A stretch of 61,063 bases of DNA from Anaerolineae bacterium (GCA_015486845.1 WFQU01000049.1:1-61063); one strand, 5' to 3'. Counted from the first letter of the stretch, positions 30,292 to 39,308 are shown. Notes: a model not told the origin generated them from the letters alone. Program-made: numbers and translations.

Positions 30292-30681
30292 CTTCTTTGA
30301 AAATAGAACGCTGATCAACGCTGATGCGCGCTGATACACGCTGATCGCAAATATATAACTCCAGCAATACGAAAATATTTTTCTCAAAATAAGTTGACGC
30401 AGCGGCGTAAAGGCGCAGAGCGTCTAAAAAACCAGGCTCCCTTTAAGAAGTTCAACTTCTTCAAGAAGTTGAACTTCTAATTGACAGAAAGGAACCGGCG
30501 TTGAGCAGCTTCTTGGCAGCGGGCGCTACCTTGATGTACCCCGCCGCCGCGCCGGCATTGATGCTTTAGCCAGTTGTAGACCCACCAATACGCCTAAAGG
30601 CTTGACGCCAGTCGCATCATTTTTAGCCGCTGTGGTGTGCCGCCCGCACAGGCAGTCTGCAGGCTCATGTCGACTCCAAGA
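30292..30681 (-). repeat. Mosaic repeat array (reverse orientation)
   Basis: Right half site 30620-30681 directly after the aminotransferase stop, GGCTAAAG module, double palindrome 30446-30478, terminal CTATTTTCAAAGAAG at 30292-30306. Confidence 0.88.
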
Positions 30682-31824
30682 CTAAGCCGCGGCGATAACC
30701 GCCAGCGTCCGGTCTATTTCCGCATGGCTATTGTAAAAGTGCGGCGAGACTCGAATGAAATTACCGCGTTGGGAAATAATAACACCTGCTGTAGAAAGCT
30801 TGGCTGCCAAAGCCGCAGGATCATCTTTCGGCACGAATGAAACAATGCCGGACCGTTCGGATTCGTGTTCGTGTGGTGAAATCACTGTCAAATCCAAGCG
30901 TTCTAGGCCGGTAAGTAGGTGCTCTGTTAATTCCAGCACCCGCCGGCTGATATCCTCCACACCCCAGTCTAAGAAGTGTTGTACGTTCTGGTTCAAGCCC
31001 AGCAGCATAAGTGGGGCAATGGATCCTTCTTCATAGCGGGTGGCATCGTGCCGAAAAGGAGAGTCATAGCGGAAAAAGTCACGCCAATCCTCTACGCCGA
31101 CCCAGCCTGTCATGATCAGGTCTAACTCGTCTAGTCGCTCCTGACGGATGTAAAGAAAGCCAAAGCCAACTGGTCCTAAAAGCCATTTGGCGCTTCCGGC
31201 CGATAGGAAATCTACCGGTGTTTGCTGCACATCCACAGGGAAGACGCCTAAGCCTTGGATGGCATCGACGCAGAAAAGCGCACCGCCCCGGTGCACGATA
31301 TCTGCTAAAGTATCCAAGTCGTTGCGATAGCCGGTTGCGAATTCGACAAAACTCAATGTCACTAAGCGCGTGCGGCTATCCATAGCTGCTGCAACGCTCT
31401 GCGGGAGGATACGGTTGTTTTCTGCTTTCACGAAGCGTACTTCCACGCCTTTGCGTCGCAAGTTTTCCCAGGGGTAGACGTTGGCCGGAAATTCGGTTTC
31501 GGCGCACACGACATTATCTCCGGCTTGCCATGGCAAGCCGGCCGCCACGATATTCAATCCATGGGACGTGTTACGGGTGAAGGTAACTTCTGTTTCTTGC
31601 CGAGCGTTGATGAGCCTGGCCACGTTGCCTCGGGTCGTTCCGTAAATCCGATCTTCCCATTCACCTTGTATGGCTAATCCTCCCGTCAGGCTGCGCGCAG
31701 CCAAAAAAGATTGCATCATCTGTGCTGTGCTGCGAGGCACGGGGCCAATGGAGGCATGATTAAGGTATGTGTAGCGCTCCGTTACGGGAAAATCTTGTCG
31801 AATGGCTTCCAAATTGTCCAACAT
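30682..31824 (-). CDS. Class V PLP aminotransferase (cysteine-desulfurase-like fold)
   Basis: YLNHASIGP, NTSHG, VDAIQ, SAKWLLGP (PLP Lys), RVSPHFYN; ATG 31824 follows AAGGAG. Confidence 0.9.
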   Translation of the reverse strand: MLDNLEAIRQDFPVTERYTYLNHASIGPVPRSTAQMMQSFLAARSLTGGLAIQGEWEDRIYGTTRGNVARLINARQETEVTFTRNTSHGLNIVAAGLPWQAGDNVVCAETEFPANVYPWENLRRKGVEVRFVKAENNRILPQSVAAAMDSRTRLVTLSFVEFATGYRNDLDTLADIVHRGGALFCVDAIQGLGVFPVDVQQTPVDFLSAGSAKWLLGPVGFGFLYIRQERLDELDLIMTGWVGVEDWRDFFRYDSPFRHDATRYEEGSIAPLMLLGLNQNVQHFLDWGVEDISRRVLELTEHLLTGLERLDLTVISPHEHESERSGIVSFVPKDDPAALAAKLSTAGVIISQRGNFIRVSPHFYNSHAEIDRTLAVIAAA

Positions 31825-32099
31825 GAATAACCTTCTCCTTTTTAGCTCATTTATGATACGGCTGTTGCCCGTCACGATAATGTGCACGCCGCCATCTCTT
31901 CTTAACGGTGCTACTTTCTGGTGTCGGTGTGATTTTTGCAGCGTTAGCGTCATGCAGGGTAAGGGGGAATATCGAAAAAATATTATGGCACGAGCTTGCG
32001 CCACTGGCAAACTTTGCTGTTCACATTCGATGCTACTGTCTCGAGGCTATCGCTATGCGCCGGGTCAAATTTGGAATGGCTGTTATAGCATCTGCTTGA

Positions 32100-32139
32100 T
32101 TGACAAGCTTTTCGATAACCGTTAGACTATGGTTATAAT
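32100..32139 (+). promoter_or_regulatory. Sigma70-type promoter
   Basis: TTGACA (32100-32105), 17 nt, TAGACT (32123-32128); also TATAAT at 32134-32139. Confidence 0.6.
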
Positions 32140-32140
32140 T

Positions 32141-32885
32141 AATTTTAGAGAAGTTGGCGTGGGCCTTCGGCCTGCCTGTGCGGGCACGCAGACAGGCGCG
32201 CCACAGCGGCTGAAAAACGCCCTTTATCCCCCAACCTTAGGGGGAGCAAAAGGTAGAAAGGAAAGGGAAAAGGGGTAGCAGACCTTCTTACTGTCCCGAT
32301 TATCTATTTTCTACCTCCCATCCTCCCCTTGCCAGCGCGGCGGCGGGGTGCGTCAAGGTAGCGTCCGCTGCCAAGGGGCTACTCAACACTAGCCCCCTTT
32401 TCTAAGTGGCTTATCATTTACGTAGCACGGAGCTCAAAGCTCCGTGCGCTCGGGCGGAGAACGCCGGCGATTAGAAGTTCAACTTCTTCAAGAAGTTGAA
32501 CTTCTTGAAGGAGGCCCGATTTTTTTAGACGCTATGCGCCTTGGCGACGCTGCGTCAACTGATTTTGAGGAGAGTTTGTCATTGCGAGACCCGGCAGGGC
32601 CATGGCAATCTTCCTCACTGGCGTTGGAGATTGCTTGACCAAAAAGAGGGTCACACTGTCGCTTCGCTCGCAATGACGCGACTGATTTGAAGGCGTTGCG
32701 TCAGCTATCTTTCAGGGGTGATCTTTCCCCCAAGCTGTGCTGCGCTTAGCTTTTTCCCCTCCCTGTATCGGGGAGAGAAGGCTTGTTACCTCTTTGGGAG
32801 GTAAGCCAGGGGAGAGGTCTTATTTTCAATAGAGGCCATTTTTTAACCATTGTTTTTTTATCTGTGTGCGCAGCCTGCGTCCCAT
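32141..32885 (+). repeat. Mosaic repeat array
   Basis: Site with 26-nt insert 32141-32216, palindromes 32425-32447 and 32473-32505, block 32572-32828 closely matching 207-463. Confidence 0.9.
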
Positions 32886-32951
32886 CGTTCTCTTTGGAGA
32901 GAGTACGAACAGCCAGTTTGCTCTCACAGAACTATCATCCACAGGGATCAT

Positions 32952-33752
32952 ATGAAAACAAAGATAATTTTCCTGCTCATCTTTTTGTTGTGCTTGCCGA
33001 TTAATGCTTGGGCCAACGTCGTCGAGCAAAACACGTTGTCTGTTTGGCCACAAGTGCTCACATTTAGTGTAGTCGCTGGGCAGTCGCCAGTAAACCAGGT
33101 CGTTGCTGTTACTAATAGTGGCGGGAATGATTCGATTGCGTGGCAAGCTACGCCATTCGGTGCTTTCCCCTGGCTAAATTTGATTCCGACAAATGGACAA
33201 ACGCCGGGCACTATCACTGTTGCGGTTGACCCGGCAGAAGCGGATTACGGCACACAGACAGCACAGTTCATTGTCTCGGCAGATGTTCCAGTAACAGTCA
33301 CTGTGAATCTCACTGTCGAACCGCCGGTTTTACAGACGACGCCTGATCGTATCGCTATGGAATTTATGGCAGGAGAGAGCTATTTGCCGGCTCAAGTGCA
33401 CATTACCCAGGCCAATCTGCCTGGCGGCCAAGCTATCCATTGGGTGGCCGGCGCTTTGCCTGTGGCCGGCGCGGACTTGTCGACTGTGGAAGCTGTGACC
33501 ACGACCGGAGTGCGGCGGCGCGATCGGAGCCTGGTTTCCGCGCCGGCGTGGGTACAACTTTCTCCGGCTGAAGGGCGCACGCCGGCTGTAATGTTCGTAC
33601 ATATAGACGCAGCCGCAGCCGGCTATGGCGAACACAGGGCGACCATAATCATCGATGGCGGTCAAGGATGCGTTGATCGTCTCCATGCCGTAGATCTAAC
33701 CGTGCATATCTTTCGTACTCGGCACTACTTGCCCTTGGTGATTACCCCGTAA
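32952..33752 (+). CDS. Secreted BACON/Ig-like repeat protein with C-terminal YLPLV tail
   Basis: Signal peptide, two WL/WV..P..G.TP repeats, ends RHYLPLVITP; ATG 32952. Confidence 0.75.
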   Translation: MKTKIIFLLIFLLCLPINAWANVVEQNTLSVWPQVLTFSVVAGQSPVNQVVAVTNSGGNDSIAWQATPFGAFPWLNLIPTNGQTPGTITVAVDPAEADYGTQTAQFIVSADVPVTVTVNLTVEPPVLQTTPDRIAMEFMAGESYLPAQVHITQANLPGGQAIHWVAGALPVAGADLSTVEAVTTTGVRRRDRSLVSAPAWVQLSPAEGRTPAVMFVHIDAAAAGYGEHRATIIIDGGQGCVDRLHAVDLTVHIFRTRHYLPLVITP

Positions 33753-33855
33753 TAAAAAAGCAATGAGCCACCCTAACCTGGACGTCAGGATCAAAAGGGT
33801 TGCCCCCCATAATATCATGATAACATGCCTGGGAACATTAGAGAACATTGCTGAT

Positions 33856-33884
33856 TTGGCAAGGAAGAGGCTTGTCTATATAAT
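33856..33884 (+). promoter_or_regulatory. tRNA promoter
   Basis: TTGGCA, 17 nt, TATAAT, 12 nt upstream of the tRNA. Confidence 0.7.
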
Positions 33885-33896
33885 TACCGTTGTTTT

Positions 33897-33984
33897 GGAG
33901 AGGTCGCATAGTCTGGCCTAGTGCGCGCGCCTGGAGAGCGCGTAGGGTCTTTGGCCCTCGTGGGTTCGAATCCCACCCTCTCCG
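33897..33984 (+). tRNA. tRNA-Ser(GGA)
   Basis: Acceptor GGAGAGG/CCTCTCC, anticodon arm CGCGC-CTGGAGA-GCGCG, long variable arm, GGTTCGAATCC, G discriminator; CCA not encoded. Confidence 0.97.
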
Positions 33985-33988
33985 CTGA

Positions 33989-34024
33989 AAAAGAGTCCAT
34001 TCTGCTAAAAGAATGGACTCTTTT
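33989..34024. terminator. Intrinsic terminator (possibly bidirectional)
   Basis: AAAAGAGTCCATTCT / AGAATGGACTCTTTT perfect inverted repeat, 6-nt loop. Confidence 0.85.
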
Positions 34025-34039
34025 GGTTTAGGCTGTTTT

Positions 34040-34068
34040 TTGACAAAGCGATTGCTTTCGTGTATCAT
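34040..34068 (+). promoter_or_regulatory. SRP RNA promoter
   Basis: TTGACA, 17 nt, TATCAT, 6 nt before the RNA 5' end. Confidence 0.8.
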
Positions 34069-34074
34069 TTTCTC

Positions 34075-34342
34075 GGTCGTGCTAAGTGGGGAGCTAGCGG
34101 TGCCCTGTACCCGCAATCCGCTACAGCGGGACTGAATTCCTTGCTGAGGGTTATGGCAGGCAGTTACGGCTGGTTTAAGCGGCGTTGATGGCTGGGTCCT
34201 GCGCGGCGAGAAGCTGCAAACCTGGTCAGGTCCGGAAGGAAGCAGCCATAAGTAGCCTCTCTCGGGTGACGTGGGAGTGCCTGGCCTGAGTTGGCTGAAC
34301 AAGCCGCCTGACTTGTTCTTTCTCGAAGTGAGGTGCACGACC
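34075..34342 (+). ncRNA. ffs: Large bacterial SRP RNA (Alu-domain type)
   Basis: Helix 8 GTCAGGTCCGGAAGGAAGCAGC, 5' GGGGAGCTAGCGGTGCCCTGTACCCGCAATCCGCT, terminal pairing GGTCGTGC/GCACGACC. Confidence 0.95.
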
Positions 34343-34355
34343 AGAACTTATGAGG

Positions 34356-34391
34356 GCGGGGGATGTTGTTTTTGCAACATCTCCCGCTTTT
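34356..34391 (+). terminator. Intrinsic terminator of SRP RNA
   Basis: GCGGGGGATGTTG / CAACATCTCCCGC followed by TTTT. Confidence 0.8.
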
Positions 34392-34519
34392 ATGACAAGG
34401 GATGACGTTTTAGTTCGATATTGTGTCAATGGGCAGGAAGCGTGCTCAGTACAATCTCAAACTCGTTGATTCAAGTGCCTTTGACCTTGTTAGGAGTTAC
34501 GCAGTTCAGCCAGGTGAAT

Positions 34520-34722
34520 GTCATTGCGAGCCCCCGTAGGGGGAGCGAAGCAATCTCTAATGCCAATGAGGAAGATTGCCACGGCCCTGTTGGGCCTCGC
34601 AATGACAAACTCTGAAAATCGTCCCCCCGGCCCCCAATTCTGGGGGTGTGTTGCTCCCACCAAAGTTGGGGGATAGGGGGCGTTTTCATCCGCTGTGGTG
34701 CGCCATAGGCCCATGTCGGTTC
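34520..34722 (-). repeat. Mosaic repeat array (reverse) overlapping the epimerase 3' end
   Basis: Right half site 34683-34722, CCCCCAATTCTGGGGG module, GATTTTCAGAG junction, GTCATTGCGAG...CTCGCAATGAC module 34520-34606. Confidence 0.88.
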
Positions 34723-35690
34723 TGTATCTTTTGCGCTATGCCTTGCTGGCAGAACCAGGTTACAGCCTCAGTGAATGCTTCGTGTAGATCTGATTGTGGC
34801 ATTTGCAACTCGCGGATCGCTTTGGCCGGGTTAGCTGTTAGCCGCAACGGGGCTGATCCACGTGGGCCGGCTGTGGGCCGGCCGTGTAGCCAGCGTCGCA
34901 TTCGAACGCGCCAGCCGCTGCCCGGAGGACGCAGCCTAACGCCGCCGGTCGTGGCCAGCATGGCCAAGAAATCGGCCAGCAAGAAGTTGCCCTCTCGATG
35001 GCCGAGGATATAGCGCTGGCCGATATGCCCTCGTTCTGCCGCTAAGAACATACCCGTCGCCACGTCCCGGGCCGGCACAAAATTGATGCCACCCGGCGGA
35101 AACGAAGGCACGCGCCGTTGCAGCACCTGCACGATGCGTTGGCCGGTGACAGTTGGCGTACGGTCAAAGGCACCCACCGGTGCGCAAGGATTGACCACCA
35201 CGATGGGTGCGCCGGCGTCTGCCAAAGCCAACGCAGCTTGTTCGCCCCGATATTTCGATTTCACATAATCACTGGCTTGCTCATCGAGATTGTATGGCGT
35301 CGTTTCGTTGGCCAGACCGTGCCGCGGTTGGCCGATGACGCCGATCGTGCTGGTGTGCACGATGCGTTGACAGCCGGCGCTGGCAGCCGCTTGTAAAATC
35401 TGCCTGGTCCAATCCGTATTGACGCGATACATTTCGCTGCGCCGGGCGGGATCCTGGGTATAGAGGGCGGCTAAGTGGAAGAACCAGTCCGTACCGGCTA
35501 AGGCGGCGGCTAAGAAAGGTTCGTTCGTTAAGTCGCCCCGCCGTACTTCCACAGGTAGCCCCTGTAAATTCGCGTCGTCGCTGCCTTTGCGTAGTAAAAC
35601 GCGTACGTGCCACCCTTCCGCCAGCAATTTGCGCACCAAGTGTGCGCCCAAGAAACCGTTAGCCCCGCTAACTGCGGCGATTTTTGTCAT
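34686..35690 (-). CDS. NAD-dependent epimerase/dehydratase (HpnA-like)
   Basis: SGANGFLG, FHLAA, YVKSK, GQRYILG; ATGA coupling to the radical SAM gene. Confidence 0.88.
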   Translation of the reverse strand: MTKIAAVSGANGFLGAHLVRKLLAEGWHVRVLLRKGSDDANLQGLPVEVRRGDLTNEPFLAAALAGTDWFFHLAALYTQDPARRSEMYRVNTDWTRQILQAAASAGCQRIVHTSTIGVIGQPRHGLANETTPYNLDEQASDYVKSKYRGEQAALALADAGAPIVVVNPCAPVGAFDRTPTVTGQRIVQVLQRRVPSFPPGGINFVPARDVATGMFLAAERGHIGQRYILGHREGNFLLADFLAMLATTGGVRLRPPGSGWRVRMRRWLHGRPTAGPRGSAPLRLTANPAKAIRELQMPQSDLHEAFTEAVTWFCQQGIAQKIQNRHGPMAHHSG

Positions 35691-36994
35691 TTCTGTTTTG
35701 CTCCCCAACGCTGGTACTGTTTCCGTGCTTTAGCTAACCAGCGTTGCCGGCGTGTCAGTGGCGCAAAAGGCTTGGCCCGCGAGGCGATTCGTTTCTCCCA
35801 GTAATCCAGCCGTTCTGCCGACAGTGTCTCGCCAGGGAGCGGCTGCATGCCCGGGTAGCGATGGAAGCGCTTAACGCTGATGTACGGCGCAGCAATGGTC
35901 TGCAGGAAAGCATCCGTTTGCGCTAAATCATCTTCTGTTTCTCCCGGTAAGCCGATGAGTACGAAAACCCGGCAAAGCAGGCGTAACTGACGACAAGTTA
36001 TCACGTTAAGTCGCACTTTCTCTAAATACAGCGCGATTTCATCCGGCGAAGCGAGGCGTCCCCAGCGGGCTAAAAGCGTTCCTGATGCCGAATCCAGCCC
36101 GATTTTGACTTGTTGGCAACCCAAAGCGTGCATCCGCACTAAAAGTTTAGGATAGAAATGTTCCGGTCGTGATTCGCACTCCCATGGGATGCGTGGATAA
36201 TGGGTTAAAGCTTCCAATAAATGCTTCACCCAATCCCGGTCGGCAGCGAAAACGGCATCTCGGAAAATGTGGCGTGGCTTGTGGAACGTGCGGGAGAGCC
36301 AAGCTAACTCGGCAGCCACGACTTCCGGCGCGCGTTGGTCATGGCGGTTGCCTTGTCCCAGTCGGTAAGGGCACCAACGACATTGATCCTCGCAGCCGCG
36401 GCCACCGTAAAGTGAAAGAAACGGGTAGCGTTCGTGAGGCAAGCTATCCCAAGCTGGCCGCGGCAAATTGCTCAGCGAGCGCAAGGGTAGCGGGGTGGGG
36501 GGATCGGTTTCGTCCGGTAACCAGAGCCCCGGCGCATTGCCGCCATGTAGCATTGCTTCGGCTGCTTTCACGATGCCGCTGAGCGGATCGCCCAAGAGAA
36601 TGGGAGGGCGATCCGGACGCGCTTTTAGTTCTGATACGAGGTAAGTCAACGCCGGCCCAAAAAAGAAATACGGACGATCCAGTCGAGCCGCCCAGGCGAA
36701 ATCGGCTCGCCAAAACGGTGCCGCGGTGAAAATGCCAACAAGGTCACTCTGTTTTTGGTATGCTATTCGTAGCGCTTTATCGGCGTCCATTTGTTTAGCG
36801 ACGGTGTCCAACGTTAGTGTATGCCATTTGGCTATCCGAAAAAGCGCAGTCACGTAAGCCAAAGTCTGTGGTGGATAGTAAAATCCCGCCTTGCTGCGCA
36901 CGCCCATTGCCGCTGAGCCTTCCCTGTTGGCCGTTACACCGGCCGGCGAAGGTGGATTGATTATCAGAATGGACGGACGATCCTGTTCTACCAT
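35687..36994 (-). CDS. Radical SAM protein with B12-binding-like N-terminal domain
   Basis: RGCEDQCRWC (CxxxCxxC), YYPPQTLAY, LPRPAWD, LIGLPGET. Confidence 0.85.
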   Translation of the reverse strand: MVEQDRPSILIINPPSPAGVTANREGSAAMGVRSKAGFYYPPQTLAYVTALFRIAKWHTLTLDTVAKQMDADKALRIAYQKQSDLVGIFTAAPFWRADFAWAARLDRPYFFFGPALTYLVSELKARPDRPPILLGDPLSGIVKAAEAMLHGGNAPGLWLPDETDPPTPLPLRSLSNLPRPAWDSLPHERYPFLSLYGGRGCEDQCRWCPYRLGQGNRHDQRAPEVVAAELAWLSRTFHKPRHIFRDAVFAADRDWVKHLLEALTHYPRIPWECESRPEHFYPKLLVRMHALGCQQVKIGLDSASGTLLARWGRLASPDEIALYLEKVRLNVITCRQLRLLCRVFVLIGLPGETEDDLAQTDAFLQTIAAPYISVKRFHRYPGMQPLPGETLSAERLDYWEKRIASRAKPFAPLTRRQRWLAKARKQYQRWGAKQK

Positions 36995-37359
36995 TACTCC
37001 ACTGCCTCTCGTAACGCTTGCTTAGCTCGCTCCAGTGCCTCTGCCACCGGAACATTACGCTGCTGCAAAGCTAATGGCAAAACGCCGTTCTTTTCTAAAA
37101 TCCGTTTGTTTTTGTTGCCCATGGAATGGCCAACAAAGAGCCGGCAATCGCGCAGAAATTGTACCATCATCTTTGCTTTCTCCGGTTGATTGTGTTTTTG
37201 CAAGCCCAAGCGCGCATCGGTGTAACGGTTTTCCCTCGTTTCGACGAAATGGCTGTTTCCTGCCGAGTCTATATTGTAAATCAGGTAGCGCTCGGCATCG
37301 CCAAAATGGCCGAAGCGCACGCTTTCTCCGTCATCGGTAGCGATGGCAATGTAAGTCAT
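36994..37359 (-). CDS. NifB/NifX-like (IssA/MTH1175-type) cluster-binding protein
   Basis: IAIATDDG..V..GHFGDAERY motif; ATG 37359 after AGGAG. Confidence 0.8.
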   Translation of the reverse strand: MTYIAIATDDGESVRFGHFGDAERYLIYNIDSAGNSHFVETRENRYTDARLGLQKHNQPEKAKMMVQFLRDCRLFVGHSMGNKNKRILEKNGVLPLALQQRNVPVAEALERAKQALREAVE

Positions 37360-39109
37360 GTGTGATTTCTCCTGTCCAAGGTTTTTTTGTGTAAATGCGA
37401 ATCCATTTTTCGTCGACTGCCGGCTTGAACCAACGTTCGATCTCCTGCCGCAAAGCGGGGCGCAGCCAGCCGTAGTCGAAAATAGCATCGTAAGCGGCAA
37501 CGAAAGCGGGGGGGAAATGGGGCTCTGCTTCTGGCGGCCGGGGTGGCAGCACTGTAGGCGGTCGGTAGATTCGGTAAGGACCGACATTGCCTGCGACTTT
37601 GTAGCCGTAGTCGGAGATGATCGGTAATACTCTTCTCTGCATCATTGGATCATCAGGGCGCACCCAGATGGTGGAGTCGGCGCGAGCGTTCTCGTAAAAA
37701 TAGCCGCCCGCATACGCTACCGGCCAGGGTAAAATGCTACCCGGTTTGTAGCGCACCGGGTGGTACGATTCGCTGAAAAAATAGGGGGAATAGCCCCCTT
37801 TCTCCATGATGTAATAAGCCCAAAAGTGGGCTCCCGGTGAGATGCGTCCTTGCCGGAAATTGTCGAACGGGAAAATAGTCAGGCCGCCGGGCAACCTTTC
37901 CCACGCCTGCGCGTATTGTTGCAGGCTGACATTCGCTACGGCGTAATCATGTCCCGTGTTGCCATAATAGAGGAGCGCACAAATGAGTAAAACAGCCGTC
38001 ACGACTAGCCGGCCCTGTTTAGATTGCGGAATCCATAGCAGCGGTAGCCCTAACCAGATCGCAAAGAGGTACATTCGTTGGTAGATGTAGAAAGGTACCC
38101 AAAGACCGATGGGCAAGAGGAAGAACGCGGCTACGGCGAAGAGCGCCGGCCACACCCAGCGAGTCAGGCCCCGGTAGCGTAGACCTCTTTCCAGCAGGAT
38201 CAAATAGATTAGTAGCGGTAAGGCGAGAAGTATCTCTTCACGGCGTGGTGAAAAGGAGCGTAGAACAATGCCCGAAGCGAATTCGCTGAGTTTACGACTC
38301 AGCGGCGCCCAGACAATGAACGGGGTGCCGATGATGGCGTCGGTGCTGCTTTGTCCGCTGGCTGTTATCCAGATGAGAAACAAGAAGAGCGGCAGGAACG
38401 GCAGCCAAAGCAGCAGCCAGCGTTTCGGCCGGCGCAGATCGGCCAAAGAAAGCAATCCGGCAGCGGCCAGAAGGGTACCGGCGCCCTGTAGATGGGCTAA
38501 GTAGGCGGCTATGGCCAATAGCGCCGTCAATAGTCCGGCCCAGATGGCCGGACACCACGCGATTGCTTCCGCCCAGACCGCTTGCCGGTAGCGGTACCAT
38601 GCTGCCAATCCCCAGGTAAACAGCCCCACGCTCAACGAGAAGCTGGCAAAGCCCATATTGAAACACCAGTTGTAGCCCAGAAAAAGGGAAAATAAAGCTA
38701 TCAATGTGCCATCTCGACGTCCCCGTAGCTGGACTAACAGCCACCAGACGCCCCACGGCGCGATGAGAAGGATCAGCGACATGTAGATCTTCTCTGTTAG
38801 CAGCGGGGAGATGCCGGCGCGCAGCAGCACGATCATCAAATAGTGGCCTAAGATGCCGCTGCGGGGCGTTAGATTCACCGTGAAATGGCGGGCGAAATCA
38901 TAGGCCGGGTCGTGAAGATGCACTACGGTGAATGCGCCTAATAAATGGTTGGGTAGATCGGTTACCGGTGGATAGTGCACCAGCCAGACCGGCAACAACG
39001 CCGCGACGCTGCCAATCGCGAATAGCCATAGTAACAGGTGTGCATCATCTCCCGGCCAGATTTGTCCCGCTCGAGCTATTTTTCTAGTGATGCCGTTTTC
39101 GTTATTCAC
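37331..39109 (-). CDS. Polytopic membrane protein (GT-C-like)
   Basis: About 11 TM helices, YPPVTDLPNH first-loop motif, soluble C-terminal domain. Confidence 0.7.
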   Translation of the reverse strand: MNNENGITRKIARAGQIWPGDDAHLLLWLFAIGSVAALLPVWLVHYPPVTDLPNHLLGAFTVVHLHDPAYDFARHFTVNLTPRSGILGHYLMIVLLRAGISPLLTEKIYMSLILLIAPWGVWWLLVQLRGRRDGTLIALFSLFLGYNWCFNMGFASFSLSVGLFTWGLAAWYRYRQAVWAEAIAWCPAIWAGLLTALLAIAAYLAHLQGAGTLLAAAGLLSLADLRRPKRWLLLWLPFLPLFLFLIWITASGQSSTDAIIGTPFIVWAPLSRKLSEFASGIVLRSFSPRREEILLALPLLIYLILLERGLRYRGLTRWVWPALFAVAAFFLLPIGLWVPFYIYQRMYLFAIWLGLPLLWIPQSKQGRLVVTAVLLICALLYYGNTGHDYAVANVSLQQYAQAWERLPGGLTIFPFDNFRQGRISPGAHFWAYYIMEKGGYSPYFFSESYHPVRYKPGSILPWPVAYAGGYFYENARADSTIWVRPDDPMMQRRVLPIISDYGYKVAGNVGPYRIYRPPTVLPPRPPEAEPHFPPAFVAAYDAIFDYGWLRPALRQEIERWFKPAVDEKWIRIYTKKPWTGEITHDLHCHRYR

Positions 39110-39149
39110 GGCTATACTTTCCTAACCTGGACAAGCCAGAACCAAACTA

Positions 39150-39265
39150 TCGGGACACAGATTTACACAGACTGCGTACACAGATTTTTTCGTAATCTTT
39201 TATCTGTGTTTTTCTGTGTGTATCTGTGTCCAAAAACCTTTCTTTGCGGCCTCGCGGTGAACTTT
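39150..39265. repeat. ACACAGAT/ATCTGTGT inverted tandem module inside an operon
   Basis: GGACACAGATTTACACAGA...TCTGTGTGTATCTGTGTCC. Confidence 0.7.
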
Positions 39266-39308
39266 TTGCAGCGAATTCATGGCTTGTGACTTTGGCAGCT
39301 CGTGCACA

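Noticed and set aside
32444-32673. Short ORFs in repeat arrays (also 6360-6632, 34421-34714, 43448-43748)
   Set aside because: Shared peptides such as EVQLLQEVELL and GPWQSSSLALEIA are translations of palindromic modules without credible starts
33897-33984. tRNA as a genomic-island attachment site
   Set aside because: No duplicated tRNA 3' end or integrase seen in the window
33838-34338. 166-aa minus-strand ORF
   Set aside because: Antisense to tRNA-Ser and the SRP RNA
34686-36994. Hopanoid biosynthesis (hpnA/hpnJ)
   Set aside because: Family resemblance only; no squalene-hopene cyclase or other hpn genes nearby
36994-37359. Nitrogen fixation
   Set aside because: Stand-alone NifB/X-like domains are common in non-diazotrophs and no nif genes are present
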